A stretch of 58,777 nucleotides of DNA from Minisyncoccia bacterium (GCA_049997855.1 JBEKSG010000006.1:1-58777); one strand, 5' to 3'; shown: positions 44,335 through 54,357, counted from the first letter of the stretch. A program made the numbers and translations. The notes: generated from the letters alone by a model not told the origin.

Positions 44335-45378
44335 TCACGCCACTTTTCGTGCAACAGATATAAACGCCGGCCCTTGATATACGAGCGCGGTAAAGATTTG
44401 TACCAGATCGGCGCCCTCATCAAACACCTCTTTAGTCCGCTTTACGCTGTCGATGCCGCCGACAAACATAAGCGGCAGTTTGGTGCGTTTGCGTGCCTGG
44501 CGGAACTTTGCCAGAGTCAAAGGGTAAAGCGGATTGCCGCTTAAGCCCCCTGCTTCTTTTGCAATCGGCGAATATGAATCCTTGAGCGGTCGGCAAAGCG
44601 TAGTATTGCCGATGATGAAACCGCTTGCACCAGCACTCTCGCACGCACCCATGGTGTCCTCGATCTCGCCTTCGGTGAGGTCCGGCGCGAGCTTGATAAA
44701 CATCGGTTTTTGCTGTTCGCCCGCTTGTTTGGCAAAGCCACGTTCTACTCCAACAATCTCTTGCACAAAGTGTTCGATATACCTTGTGCCTTGGAGCTCC
44801 CGCAGACCCGGCGTGTTAGGCGAACTCACGTTAGCAACTCCATAGACACCGTATGTACGCAGGCACTCCCACACGTGGATATAGTCGCGCGCGGCATCTT
44901 CGTTTAAAGTTTCTCTCATTTTGCCGAGAGATATGCCCATAGGAATCGTGATGCCGCGGTAATGTTGCTCGAGATTGTGAGCGACGGCATCTGCGCCCTT
45001 GCTGTTAAAACCCATCCGGTTGATGATTGCCTGCTCGCTCGGTATCCGAAAGAGGCGCGGGCGCTCGTTGCCTTTTTGAGCCCACGGCAATACAGTCCCC
45101 ACTTCGATAAAGCCAAAGCCGAGCGCTTGCAAGAACGGCAGAATCTCGGCTTCTTTGTCAAAACCGGCGGCAAGCCCGATGCGGTTGGGGAAGATAATAC
45201 CGGCTACCGTTGCGGGTCGGGGGTTATGATGTGCTTGAAACCACCATGCGATAAATCGCAATACACGTGGCTCTCCTTGGGCAAGTTTTGCAGCAAGCAC
45301 CGTAAGGATATGAGCCTTTTCCGCATCGCCTCGTGACAGAGCAAAGAGGATCGGTCGAACGATTCTTTCATACAACAT
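44335..45378 (-). CDS. pyrD: Dihydroorotate dehydrogenase, class 2 (quinone-type)
   Basis: N-terminal MLYERIVRPILF...AEKAH helix; GLAAGFDK, GFIEVGT, and NVSSPNTPGLR motifs. The ORF is open to 45423. Confidence 0.85.
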   Translation of the reverse strand: MLYERIVRPILFALSRGDAEKAHILTVLAAKLAQGEPRVLRFIAWWFQAHHNPRPATVAGIIFPNRIGLAAGFDKEAEILPFLQALGFGFIEVGTVLPWAQKGNERPRLFRIPSEQAIINRMGFNSKGADAVAHNLEQHYRGITIPMGISLGKMRETLNEDAARDYIHVWECLRTYGVYGVANVSSPNTPGLRELQGTRYIEHFVQEIVGVERGFAKQAGEQQKPMFIKLAPDLTEGEIEDTMGACESAGASGFIIGNTTLCRPLKDSYSPIAKEAGGLSGNPLYPLTLAKFRQARKRTKLPLMFVGGIDSVKRTKEVFDEGADLVQIFTALVYQGPAFISVARKVA

Positions 45379-45495
45379 AATGCGCGCCTTTCGTAGTTGC
45401 GACTTACAAAGAAGTTCCGCCAATACCTTACCTTATATTTCTCAGAAAGAAAAACCCGTCCTTGGAAGGGCGGGGGAATGTATGTGGCACTCACG

Positions 45496-46638
45496 TTAGC
45501 GAGTGAATCTTGCCCATGGATTAGGAAGCCCGAAGGCGTCGTAGTCACGGGCGAGATTCTGCGCAACACTGGCACGATCGCTATCGTCAAGTGGCTGCCG
45601 ACGTGCCAGCTTCCACAACACGTTTGTGTCGTAGAAGCGGATGAGCGAGGCGAGCATTTCCAGCTCTCGCACCAGGAGCGGAAGCTTTGGCAACGGCATC
45701 AAGAGGTCATTGGTATTGTCAGTACCAATCCCCACTGGTACACCTGCAACCATGCATTCGCGCACGGGCGCAACGGGCGGATGGAGCGGGTCGCGGTGAT
45801 TCCGCATCTGCCGCATTGAAGCGGCAGCGTGAGGGCAGCACACCACCTCCATTTTGAGCTCTTTAAGATGGCTCACTATTTCCACGCGCTCCGCGTCCTC
45901 TTTGCCGTCAATAAGCATATGCACTGCCGACACGGTCGGCCGCTCTTCGGGCGGCACACGCATAGAGAGCGCGCGTACCACATTGATGAGCCGCTCTGTA
46001 CCGCACTCCTTTGATGTGTTGGTTTGGTCGACATGCACGTGGAGCGGCAAGTGATGTTTGATGGCCAGTTCATATAGCAATGCAGCGTGGCCCTCAAAGC
46101 CGACCAGGTGGTCGCCTCTCTCGTCGCGCTCGGGGAGCGCTACGATAAACTGTGCTTTCGGAGCAAGTTCTTGCAGATGCAACCAGCGAGGTTCTTGCCA
46201 TGTTTTGATTCCGAAAATTGCGTATGCTCCGACGTTGATTGTAATCCTGCTCTTATATTTTTCTCGAAGTTTGAGCGCCGCATAAAACGCCCTTCCATCA
46301 ATGTCGTCGGAGCAGTCAACAACGAAGTACGCCCCCTTCTCTCGAGCGGCTATCTTGAGTTGAGTGACGAACTCCATCCGTTTTGTCAGCTCATCGCTCA
46401 AATAGGCTGGGCCGCGATGAAGCACGCCAATGGCATTTTGCTTTACCCATAGGGGCGCATCAATATAGATATTGAGTCCGCCGCCTTGCTCAAAATTGCC
46501 TTCGACAAAAGTCAAGCCGCGGTCGGGGTGCAGGTGATTATCAACAACACCGTCGGCGTGCATGACCTGTGACCAACGTCTAGCAAACTCGAGTAGCTCG
46601 CGTTTGCTTCCGTGTTTTTGTAAAAGAGCATTTCTCAT
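45496..46638 (-). CDS. Amidohydrolase-superfamily protein (cytosine deaminase/dihydroorotase-like)
   Basis: HLHPD metal motif, HVHVDQ, and GTDN motifs. The start at 46638 is preceded by GAGGAGG, 8 nt upstream; the ORF is open to 46692. Confidence 0.65.
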   Translation of the reverse strand: MRNALLQKHGSKRELLEFARRWSQVMHADGVVDNHLHPDRGLTFVEGNFEQGGGLNIYIDAPLWVKQNAIGVLHRGPAYLSDELTKRMEFVTQLKIAAREKGAYFVVDCSDDIDGRAFYAALKLREKYKSRITINVGAYAIFGIKTWQEPRWLHLQELAPKAQFIVALPERDERGDHLVGFEGHAALLYELAIKHHLPLHVHVDQTNTSKECGTERLINVVRALSMRVPPEERPTVSAVHMLIDGKEDAERVEIVSHLKELKMEVVCCPHAAASMRQMRNHRDPLHPPVAPVRECMVAGVPVGIGTDNTNDLLMPLPKLPLLVRELEMLASLIRFYDTNVLWKLARRQPLDDSDRASVAQNLARDYDAFGLPNPWARFTR

Positions 46639-46724
46639 CCCCGTTTCCTCCTCATGAGTGTGGATGAAGGTAAACTTACGGAAGGGTAGCACGAAGGCGT
46701 TTTTTTGGATAGAGTGATGCAGAC

Positions 46725-46796
46725 GGGCGCGTAGCTCAGCGGTAGAGCAGCCGTCTTATACACGGCCGGTCCCTGGTTCGAGCCCAGGCGCGCCCA
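46725..46796 (+). tRNA. tRNA-Ile with anticodon UAU
   Basis: Perfect cloverleaf: acceptor GGGCGCG/CGCGCCC, D stem GCTC/GAGC, anticodon stem GCCGT/ACGGC with loop CTTATAC, T arm CCTGG-TTCGAGC-CCAGG. No encoded CCA. Confidence 0.85.
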
Positions 46797-46804
46797 CAAA
46801 ACAA

Positions 46805-49012
46805 CTACTCGAAATGCGTTTGGTTGGCTCTGGCAAAAAGTTCGTGCTGGAGCAGGGGATAGTTCAGCAGATTTTCGTCTTTTTGTATCAAGACAAGCGC
46901 TTCTTTGCGCGCGGCCTCCACGAGCTTGAGATTTTTGAGCGCCTCCATACCGATGTCGCTGATGCCCCATTGTTTGCGGCCGGTAAGTTCGCCCGCGCCG
47001 CGCTGGAGTAAGTCTTGCTCGGCGAGCTCAAACCCGTTTTTAGCAGTGACCAATGCCTTAAGCCGCGCCAACGTATGTTCGCCGCGGCTTTCGGGACAGA
47101 CAAAACAATAGGCTTGATGGTTGCTCCGCACCACGCGCCCGCGCAGTTGGTGGAGTTGTGCGAGGCCGAAGCGCTCCGCACCTTCGATAAAAATCATCGT
47201 GGCGTTTGGCACATTGACGCCCACCTCCACGACCGAGGTGGCCACTAATATATCTATCTCATGATTCAAAAACTGCGCCATCGTTTTGTCTTTTTCTTTT
47301 GGCGTCATCTTGCTGTGAAGTATGGCTATTCTCTGGTCGGGAAAAATATCTTTTTTGAGGCGCTTTGCCTCTTCGGTTACCGACTTGGCCATGATGGCAA
47401 ACGCTTTGTCTGGGTCGGGCTCGTCGATACGCGGACAAATCACGTATGCCTGACGGCCTTCGGCCAATTGCTCGCGCATTTTTGCGTACGCCTTCGCGCG
47501 CTCAGCGGGTTTTACGATTTCGGTAATGATAGGTTTGCGACCGGCGGGCATTTGATCGAGCAGCGTTAAGTCGAGGTCACCGTAGACGGTAAGCGCGAGC
47601 GTGCGCGGGATAGGCGTGGCCGTCATCGAGAGCAGATGCGGGACGCGTGCCTCTTTTTTGGCAAGCTTTTTTCGTTGGTTGATGCCAAAACGATGCTGCT
47701 CGTCGATGATAACGAGTGCGAGATGTTTAAACTGTACCGATTTTTCTATCAGCGCATGCGTGCCTATTACCACCGGTATCTCGCCGTTGGCAACCCACTT
47801 TAAAAGTTGCGCGCGCGAGATAGCAGTTGCTTTGCCACGCGCAACTTTGGATGGAAATTTGCAGCAGCCCGAGCCAGTGATGAGCCCAATGTTGATAGGA
47901 AAGTGTTCGAAATATTGTATAAAAGATTCAAAATGCTGTTTGGCTAAGATTTCGGTCGGCGCCATGTAGGCAACCTGTAAAGCGCCAGAAGTTTGCCCTT
48001 CGGGTCGCGTGCGCACGGCGGCAAACGCAGCCGTTGCTGCTACGGCTGTTTTACCGCTGCCCACATCGCCCTCAAGCAGGCGCGACATGGGGTGGCCGCC
48101 TCGCATGTCTTGCAAAATTGCTTCGATTGCGCGATTTTGCGCCGCGGTGGGCATAAAAGGAAAGTGGCTGACAAATTCGGCAACCTCTTGTTGCGGCGCA
48201 TCAACGGTAAAACTCTTTTCGCGCAATTGTTTGTGACGTTCCTGTCCGCGCTCGAGCTGTATCATAAACACCTCCTCAAACGCAAAGCGCTTGCGCGCGG
48301 CCACCGAGTCGGCAAGCTTGTGCGGCGCATGCATCCACACGAGCGCGGTGGCGAGGCTCGGCAAATGATAACGCTTGATAATATCCTGCGGTATCGGGTC
48401 TTCAACATTCTCGAGCGCACCCTCTTTGATTATTTTTGCAACGGCATGTCTAAACCAAAGCGAGGTAACTCCGCGGCTCTCGGGATAGAGGGCGAAGAGC
48501 AGGGGAGCGGAAATTTCCTGCCGTTCACCTTGGCCGCTCGCAGCGTGACCGTCATGAAATTTCCGCTCTCCTTTCTGCCCACCGGCAAACAAACTTTCTT
48601 CAGCGATAGAAACTTTTTGAAGTTGCGGGTTAGCCAAATACAATTTGCCGAGGCTACCGCCCACTTTGCCAACCGCGCGTACACGCGTGCCGTCGATATA
48701 CATCTTTGCGATGTAAGGCTGATTAAACCACCGGCATTTGATGCGGCCGCTCTGGTCGCGCAGGTATCCCTCACTCACGGGGACGCGGCTCTTCCAGCTT
48801 TTTTTGGTCTCCATTTTTTCCAAAACACCAATGATGCTCGCCTCCATGCCGGCGATTAAACCTGCCACGGCAGCCTCGCCTCCCGCCTGCTCGTAGCGGA
48901 AAGGAAAGTGGTAAAGCAAATCGCGCACGGTTTTAATCCCGAGCTTGGAAAGAGCGCTTTTTTGCGCATCCGCGAGGCGAAAACTCGTGGAAAGAGGATC
49001 GGTGATTTGCAT
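46805..49012 (-). CDS. recG: ATP-dependent DNA helicase RecG
   Basis: Wedge domain, Walker A GDVGSGKT, DEQHRFG, and helicase C motifs. The ORF is open to 49042. Confidence 0.93.
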   Translation of the reverse strand: MQITDPLSTSFRLADAQKSALSKLGIKTVRDLLYHFPFRYEQAGGEAAVAGLIAGMEASIIGVLEKMETKKSWKSRVPVSEGYLRDQSGRIKCRWFNQPYIAKMYIDGTRVRAVGKVGGSLGKLYLANPQLQKVSIAEESLFAGGQKGERKFHDGHAASGQGERQEISAPLLFALYPESRGVTSLWFRHAVAKIIKEGALENVEDPIPQDIIKRYHLPSLATALVWMHAPHKLADSVAARKRFAFEEVFMIQLERGQERHKQLREKSFTVDAPQQEVAEFVSHFPFMPTAAQNRAIEAILQDMRGGHPMSRLLEGDVGSGKTAVAATAAFAAVRTRPEGQTSGALQVAYMAPTEILAKQHFESFIQYFEHFPINIGLITGSGCCKFPSKVARGKATAISRAQLLKWVANGEIPVVIGTHALIEKSVQFKHLALVIIDEQHRFGINQRKKLAKKEARVPHLLSMTATPIPRTLALTVYGDLDLTLLDQMPAGRKPIITEIVKPAERAKAYAKMREQLAEGRQAYVICPRIDEPDPDKAFAIMAKSVTEEAKRLKKDIFPDQRIAILHSKMTPKEKDKTMAQFLNHEIDILVATSVVEVGVNVPNATMIFIEGAERFGLAQLHQLRGRVVRSNHQAYCFVCPESRGEHTLARLKALVTAKNGFELAEQDLLQRGAGELTGRKQWGISDIGMEALKNLKLVEAARKEALVLIQKDENLLNYPLLQHELFARANQTHFE

Positions 49013-49060
49013 ACACGCATTATACCTACTTGCCGCTAGCAAAGCGTTGCTTTGCTAGAT

Positions 49061-50170
49061 TTAAAACGTATCGGTCTGCGGAGAACCTAAGCCGGTGACG
49101 TAATCGTAATGCGTACGCGCATCGCAAAAGTATCCGCAGGAGCCGTTGGAGCCGCTTGTAATATCGCGGAAGTATTTGGCGTGCTCGCCGGTGGATTTGT
49201 CGGCATAGAGTTGTGCGTTGGTAATGCCGCTGCCGAGCGCCGCAATAGCAGCCCATTGCGGCGCGCCTGCCGAGGTGCCCCCCACCGTGTGCCACGAGCC
49301 TCTTACATAAATAGGGAAGCCCGTAGCGGGGTTGGCATCGTAGGCTACGTCAGGTATCGCGCGCATACCGCCCGCCTTGGGAATACTATAATTTTTTTGG
49401 AAGGCAGGTTCTTTTTCGTACGCGCTGACGCCGCCTCCACTGCCGCTCCATGCGCTCTCGCTTGCGACTGTACCGCTATTGGTGAGTGCAAGCGTCGTGC
49501 CGCCGACACCAATGACGTTGGGCGATGAGGCGGGCCACGATGCGCCCATGCCGTTGTCGCCGGATGAGGCAAAAAACGGCGCGCCGCTTTTGCTGACAAA
49601 ATGTGAATCCATCGACACCTCCTCGGGAAACTCGGCGCCACCCCAGCTCATCGAGATTGCGGAGGCGCTTTTTACACTTGCGGCATAGTCGACCGCTTTA
49701 AGCAAGTTGGCGCCGCTTGGCGTCGTGGCCTCCACCAGTAAAATATTTGCTTGCGGTGCGATAGCATGCGCCCATTCCACATCGAGCGATGTCTCCATCG
49801 CCCAGCCGCTGTTACTTGCGATGCCGCTACTCATCGCGTGTTTGGTAAAACAGCCGTTCCCGGTTGTGCACGCGGGCAGGTTAAATGTTTTATCAAATGT
49901 GGCAAGGTCGGTCTCAAGAGTCGCATCGTTGTACGCACCGACAATAACAAGCGTGCCGTGGCCGCCGCTCAAGGGCAGGTTGTACGCTTTTTTAATTTGA
50001 CTCGGCGTCATGCCAACGGGCGTTTTGCTGGCGCCGCCAAGCGTATGTATCGGCGGCACGCCTTTGTAGTTGCTAAAATGATACGAAGCGTCTGCGGTGT
50101 TGTAAAAAAGAGCCTCTCCCGCAAACAAACACATGATAAAAAATAGACCCAAGTTTGTTAAATACTTCAT
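49061..50170 (-). CDS. Secreted S53 (sedolisin/kumamolisin-like) serine peptidase
   Basis: Signal peptide, ETSLDVEW, SSGDNG, and GGTSAGAPQWAA motifs. Confidence 0.8.
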   Translation of the reverse strand: MKYLTNLGLFFIMCLFAGEALFYNTADASYHFSNYKGVPPIHTLGGASKTPVGMTPSQIKKAYNLPLSGGHGTLVIVGAYNDATLETDLATFDKTFNLPACTTGNGCFTKHAMSSGIASNSGWAMETSLDVEWAHAIAPQANILLVEATTPSGANLLKAVDYAASVKSASAISMSWGGAEFPEEVSMDSHFVSKSGAPFFASSGDNGMGASWPASSPNVIGVGGTTLALTNSGTVASESAWSGSGGGVSAYEKEPAFQKNYSIPKAGGMRAIPDVAYDANPATGFPIYVRGSWHTVGGTSAGAPQWAAIAALGSGITNAQLYADKSTGEHAKYFRDITSGSNGSCGYFCDARTHYDYVTGLGSPQTDTF

Positions 50171-50293
50171 GCGCGCGAGCTTACCATCTGCCGTGCTATA
50201 TGCAAGACGTTGAACTACGGAGGTTTAACCTTCGTAAGAGCTGTGGTTTTTGGGATAGCGTGCACGGAGATAAAAAGTAGTGTAAGGTAAGCT

Positions 50294-51898
50294 CTAACGG
50301 AGAGGTGCCAGAGCGGTCGAATGGAGCAACCTGCTAAGTTGTTGTCCGGGAAACTGGACCGAGGGTTCGAATCCCTCCCTCTCCGCAATAGGTAGGACAG
50401 GACTAGATATATCAAAATTATTTTGGGCTTCACGCAGTGAAGCCCATTGTGGTTGAGCCACGCCGCGCGCTTCGCGCGTATGTAAGGAAAGGTTGGAGCC
50501 GAAGATTTTTTGGAGGGAGAGTTTTTTGGAGGGGAGGTCGTTCGATTTTTCCGTTTCATTAAGTAATGAAGCGTCCTTTATGAAATCTCGCAGAGGTTGG
50601 AGCCAAAGCGTAGCGTCATGCTCCAGTCGGACGATCTGCTCCTCGGCCGACTTGCGCTCAGACATGAGCGCACGCCTCCGCTCAAGATAGGTGTCGCGGT
50701 CTATGTCCTGCTCGGAATAGAGGTCAACGAAGCGGCTCATCTTGCCGTCCAGTTGAGCAATTTTGGTTCGCAAGTCTTGCACGGCAGTCATAGCAACGGA
50801 TTCGGCTTTCTGCTCGTCTTCGTTAGCCAAACGATATAACTCTTGCGTCCAGTCCGTAGGCATAACGTAGAGCGAAAGCAGGTCGGAGAGTTGAGCACTC
50901 AATACCTCCTCGCGGATATAGGACTGCGAACAGACACCGCGTTTCTTGGTACAGCGATAGTAGACGTAGCGGTGGACGTTCCCGTTCTTCTGATGCTTCG
51001 TGATAACTTCTCCGGTTATCATCCCGCCGCACTCGCCGCAACGCATGATGCCGCACAAGGGCTGCGGCTCGTTCTTGGGCTTATGGCGTTGTCTGCCGCG
51101 CAACTCTAAAACGTCCTGCACTCTGTCGAAAACAGCTTTTGAAATGAGCGGAGTATGCACGCCTTTGTATATCTCTCCGGCATACTCAAAATGGCCGTAG
51201 TAGAAGGAGTTGGTGAGCATCTTCTTGATGCTGTCTTTCTTTAGGGACTTGTCGCCACTGCTGCCGGACTTCTTGATCTGCTTGGTTCTGATACCACGCT
51301 CGTACAGAAAAGCCGATACATCTTCAAAACGGGATTTGTTCTCGGCGTACAGCTCGAAGGCTGCTCGTATAGCCGGAGCTTTGCGGCGATCAACTTCAAC
51401 ACGCTTGGTACGCGGATTATTTATGTAGCCCAACGGAGCAAGCCCCGGATACTCTCCGCGTCTCGCTTTCTCGCGTTGTCCTCGTTTCGTGTTCGCGCTC
51501 AAATCGCGGATGTACTGGTTCGCCATACCTAACTCAACAGACATCATCAATACGTTATCGGCAGGCAGAAAACTGCGGTCGTGGGTTTGTATGTGCTGAA
51601 TGACGCTCTGCTGCAAAAGCCAGCTTATCTGTCCACCGTCTACGGGATTGCGTGCGAGGCGGTCTATCTTCCAACACACAATGCCCTGCGCCTCTCCCGC
51701 GATGATGTGCCGGATCATTTCGTTGAAAACGGGACGGCCCGGCTTCTTGGCTGACTGTTTCTCCACGAACTCGGATACGATCTCCAAACCCTCGCGCTTG
51801 GCGAGGGAGCGCAACTCGGAAAGCTGCGCGTCTATCGAGAGGACTTGCTTGTCCTCGACATCGGTAGATTTGCGGGCGTAGAGGAAGTAGGTAGACAT
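50294..51898 (-). CDS. Large serine recombinase (resolvase/invertase N-domain, recombinase domain, zinc ribbon with coiled coil)
   Basis: YARKSTDVED (catalytic Ser), DRLARN, and CGECGG...YYRC motifs. The last about 80 codons run through IR1-L and then antisense through tRNA-Ser, so the true C-terminus is uncertain. Confidence 0.88.
   Translation of the reverse strand: MSTYFLYARKSTDVEDKQVLSIDAQLSELRSLAKREGLEIVSEFVEKQSAKKPGRPVFNEMIRHIIAGEAQGIVCWKIDRLARNPVDGGQISWLLQQSVIQHIQTHDRSFLPADNVLMMSVELGMANQYIRDLSANTKRGQREKARRGEYPGLAPLGYINNPRTKRVEVDRRKAPAIRAAFELYAENKSRFEDVSAFLYERGIRTKQIKKSGSSGDKSLKKDSIKKMLTNSFYYGHFEYAGEIYKGVHTPLISKAVFDRVQDVLELRGRQRHKPKNEPQPLCGIMRCGECGGMITGEVITKHQKNGNVHRYVYYRCTKKRGVCSQSYIREEVLSAQLSDLLSLYVMPTDWTQELYRLANEDEQKAESVAMTAVQDLRTKIAQLDGKMSRFVDLYSEQDIDRDTYLERRRALMSERKSAEEQIVRLEHDATLWLQPLRDFIKDASLLNETEKSNDLPSKKLSLQKIFGSNLSLHTREARGVAQPQWASLREAQNNFDISSPVLPIAEREGFEPSVQFPGQQLSRLLHSTALAPLR
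50299..50385 (+). tRNA. tRNA-Ser with anticodon GCU
   Basis: Type II tRNA: acceptor GGAGAGG/CCTCTCC, D arm CCA-GAGCGGTCGAA-TGG, anticodon loop CTGCTAA, long variable arm GTCC..GGAC, T arm GAGGG-TTCGAAT-CCCTC. Confidence 0.9.
50384..50540 (+). repeat. Inverted repeat IR1, left copy
   Basis: 157/157 match to the reverse complement of 54456-54612. Contains GGGCTTCAC-gca-GTGAAGCCC and CGCGCG-ctt-CGCGCG hairpins. Confidence 0.95.
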
Positions 51899-51956
51899 AC
51901 GTCTATTATACCATAATAGGTAGTGTATAACAGAATGGCGAGCTATAATGTTTATA

Positions 51957-52163
51957 ATGAAAAGTGAAGCTCAAAAGCTAGGAGAAAACCTTAAACGCAT
52001 TAGGACGGAAAAGGGTATGTCACAAGGCGATATTGTACGAGAACTGGGTATGCCGAGGAGTTTCGTGAGTAGCATAGAAAATGGGCGGACTAATCCGACG
52101 CTTGCGACAATAGCAAAATTAGCAAAAGCGATAGGTGTATCAACTGATGAGTTGTTGAAATAA
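51957..52163 (+). CDS. XRE-family HTH protein (probable R-M controller, C protein)
   Basis: LKRIRTEKGMSQGDIVRELGMPRSFVSSIENGRTNPTLATIAKLAKAIG. Lies immediately upstream of the methyltransferase; an alternative ATG is at 51948. Confidence 0.8.
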   Translation: MKSEAQKLGENLKRIRTEKGMSQGDIVRELGMPRSFVSSIENGRTNPTLATIAKLAKAIGVSTDELLK

Positions 52164-52164
52164 T

Positions 52165-53253
52165 ATGAAAGATATTGATTTAGTCATGCCGCCAAAAGCA
52201 CTGCAAACAAATCTATTTGGAGACAAGATCAAGTCCCACAAGCTTCCAAAGACACAGTATTTGGGGAGTAAGGAGCGTTTAGTAAATTGGATATATGACA
52301 ATGCCCCTAAAGATATTGAGACCGTCTTAGATGCTTTTAGCGGCACATCCGTTGTCGGTTATATTTTTAAGTCGAAAGGCAAAAAAGTTATTGGGAACGA
52401 TTTTCTAAAATTCAATTTCCACATTGGTAAGGCAGTGATTGAAAACAACAATCAGACTCTTGATGAGGATGATCTATCAACTCTCTTTAGGAAAAATAAA
52501 CAAGCGCAGACTTTGATTGAAGATGTTTTTACTGGAGTATTTTTTGAACGTGAACAGGCACAATTTCTAGATAATTTTCGAGCAAATGTGAATTTGCTCC
52601 GAAATGAAATTAAGCAGTCTCTCGCTTTAGCAGTTATGAGCCGCGCACTGACTCGCAAAATTCTGCTAGGTCACTTCGCACATCTAAGTGCATTGAGATA
52701 TAGCAAAGACCCGTTGAGGATAAAAAGAAATCCAACAATTGCTCGACCCTTACAGGATTTATTCTTGGAATTGGTTGGTGAATACAACAATGCTGTTTTC
52801 GACAACGGCAAAAATAACAAATTTTATTGTGAGGACACAATACAACTTGTCTCAAAGCTGAAAGGGATTGATCTGGTATACTTCGATCCACCCTATTGTG
52901 GCTGCCATCCTGATTATCAGGCGTTCTATCACTTCTTGGAGACCTTCGTCGAATATTGGAAAGATAAAGAATTTATCAACGGCACAAAACAATATTTCCC
53001 TAAAAAAGAAAGTGGTTTTGTGCAAAAAACGGAGATTATTGACTCATTTGCAAAATTGTTCGAGGCCAGTGATCATATACCGTATTGGCTAATTTCATAT
53101 AACAGTAAAAGTTATCCGGAAAAGGATACAATGATTGAACTTATAAAAAAACATAAGCAGGTAAAAGTATATGAATACGAATATGAAAATCATTATGGTG
53201 GCAAGGGTTCGAGGAAAGGGACAAAAGAGTATCTTTTCTACTGTTTTAATTAA
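52165..53253 (+). CDS. N6-adenine DNA methyltransferase (D12/Dam-like class)
   Basis: YLGSK N-terminal motif, FSGTS AdoMet motif, and catalytic DPPY. Confidence 0.85.
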   Translation: MKDIDLVMPPKALQTNLFGDKIKSHKLPKTQYLGSKERLVNWIYDNAPKDIETVLDAFSGTSVVGYIFKSKGKKVIGNDFLKFNFHIGKAVIENNNQTLDEDDLSTLFRKNKQAQTLIEDVFTGVFFEREQAQFLDNFRANVNLLRNEIKQSLALAVMSRALTRKILLGHFAHLSALRYSKDPLRIKRNPTIARPLQDLFLELVGEYNNAVFDNGKNNKFYCEDTIQLVSKLKGIDLVYFDPPYCGCHPDYQAFYHFLETFVEYWKDKEFINGTKQYFPKKESGFVQKTEIIDSFAKLFEASDHIPYWLISYNSKSYPEKDTMIELIKKHKQVKVYEYEYENHYGGKGSRKGTKEYLFYCFN

Positions 53254-53259
53254 AAAATT

Positions 53260-54357
53260 ATGAATAAGTTCAAGCAACTGAAACAACTTTATCAAGACAA
53301 TAAATTTGATGTCTTGCTGAAAGACCCTGAGAGTGTCTATTGGCTCAAACTACGCTCAATCTCTCGAAAGGAATTGATGGTTGATTTTTGTATGGAGAAC
53401 GGAATTAGTTGTACAGGGATAAGAGGCGCGGCACTCTTTGAACATATCTACGATTCTAAGCCTGACGAGAAAGTTGTCGATAAGTTCATAGCACAAAAAT
53501 ATTCTGTTGAACGAGCAGCAAGAAAAGCGAATGAGACCAAACTTATCTCGGAGTTGTATAAAATGAAAGTGCTCGATTGGGGAGGACTTTACCAAAACAA
53601 TCTTGAGAGAACGATTGTCGATAATTACATAAAGAAAATTACTGATTTCGACCTTCTCAACGAAAAAATTGAAAAAGAAATCCACGCGAGCATGCGTGGA
53701 TACGTCCAGTCGTCGTGGTTTAATCACTGGACATCAATTTTGATAGAGGATATTGTCAAGGACAACAAAAAAGTCATTCCTACTGTTGGCTTGATTAAGA
53801 AAGTGGACTTCTTCATCTCAAACGTCCCCTTTGATCTGAAAGTCACATATTTCCCAGAAGGTTATATGTTGGCAAGACGTAAAACCTTAGGCCTGCCTAC
53901 TGAAATCAAACTCCTAAAAAGATTTTCGAAAGCTAAGGGTATCCGGTACGACAAAACTCAAAAGGACAAAGCTCTGATGTCGGAATTACTTACGCGTATC
54001 TCGGAAAGAACCGACATAGAATCCAAGAGATTTATTGAGGAATTTAAAGCGGCTAGGTGGAAAATAGTTGAAGATACCATTAAAGATAAGAAATCTCTCA
54101 TCCGGTGGCTTTACGAGGAACAGGGTGAACGTAGATTTGATGCCGCAAATCGACTTTTCTTAGTACTGATCGATAAGGAGAACATGGAGGATAGTTGGAA
54201 AATGAAAAGAAATATCGAGTTGTTGGGCGATGAAGTAAATGCTTATCTCGATAAATTCAATCCTAAGGACACATCGACCCTCGACATTGAATTTGATTGG
54301 ATGGATGGCAAAAAATATAATACTGTTTCTGACGCGATATTTATCGTCAAAAAATAA
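53260..54357 (+). CDS. Probable type II restriction endonuclease
   Basis: 365-aa ORF directly after the methyltransferase. Carries a PD-(D/E)XK-like signature VDFF...FDLKV. No other recognisable domain. Confidence 0.55.
   Translation: MNKFKQLKQLYQDNKFDVLLKDPESVYWLKLRSISRKELMVDFCMENGISCTGIRGAALFEHIYDSKPDEKVVDKFIAQKYSVERAARKANETKLISELYKMKVLDWGGLYQNNLERTIVDNYIKKITDFDLLNEKIEKEIHASMRGYVQSSWFNHWTSILIEDIVKDNKKVIPTVGLIKKVDFFISNVPFDLKVTYFPEGYMLARRKTLGLPTEIKLLKRFSKAKGIRYDKTQKDKALMSELLTRISERTDIESKRFIEEFKAARWKIVEDTIKDKKSLIRWLYEEQGERRFDAANRLFLVLIDKENMEDSWKMKRNIELLGDEVNAYLDKFNPKDTSTLDIEFDWMDGKKYNTVSDAIFIVKK

Noticed and set aside
50294-50385. The recombinase ORF continuing antisense through tRNA-Ser as if it were genuine coding sequence.
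   Set aside because: The overlap with a perfect tRNA cloverleaf is most simply read-through beyond the element junction. I report the ORF coordinates but flag the C-terminus as uncertain.
51913-51923. The 9-mer AATAGGTAG in the recombinase/controller divergent promoter region matches the outermost bases of IR1 (CAATAGGTAGG). This might be a third recombinase-binding site.
   Set aside because: A single 9-mer match is roughly what chance predicts in about 118 kb of two-strand sequence. It is noted here but not claimed.
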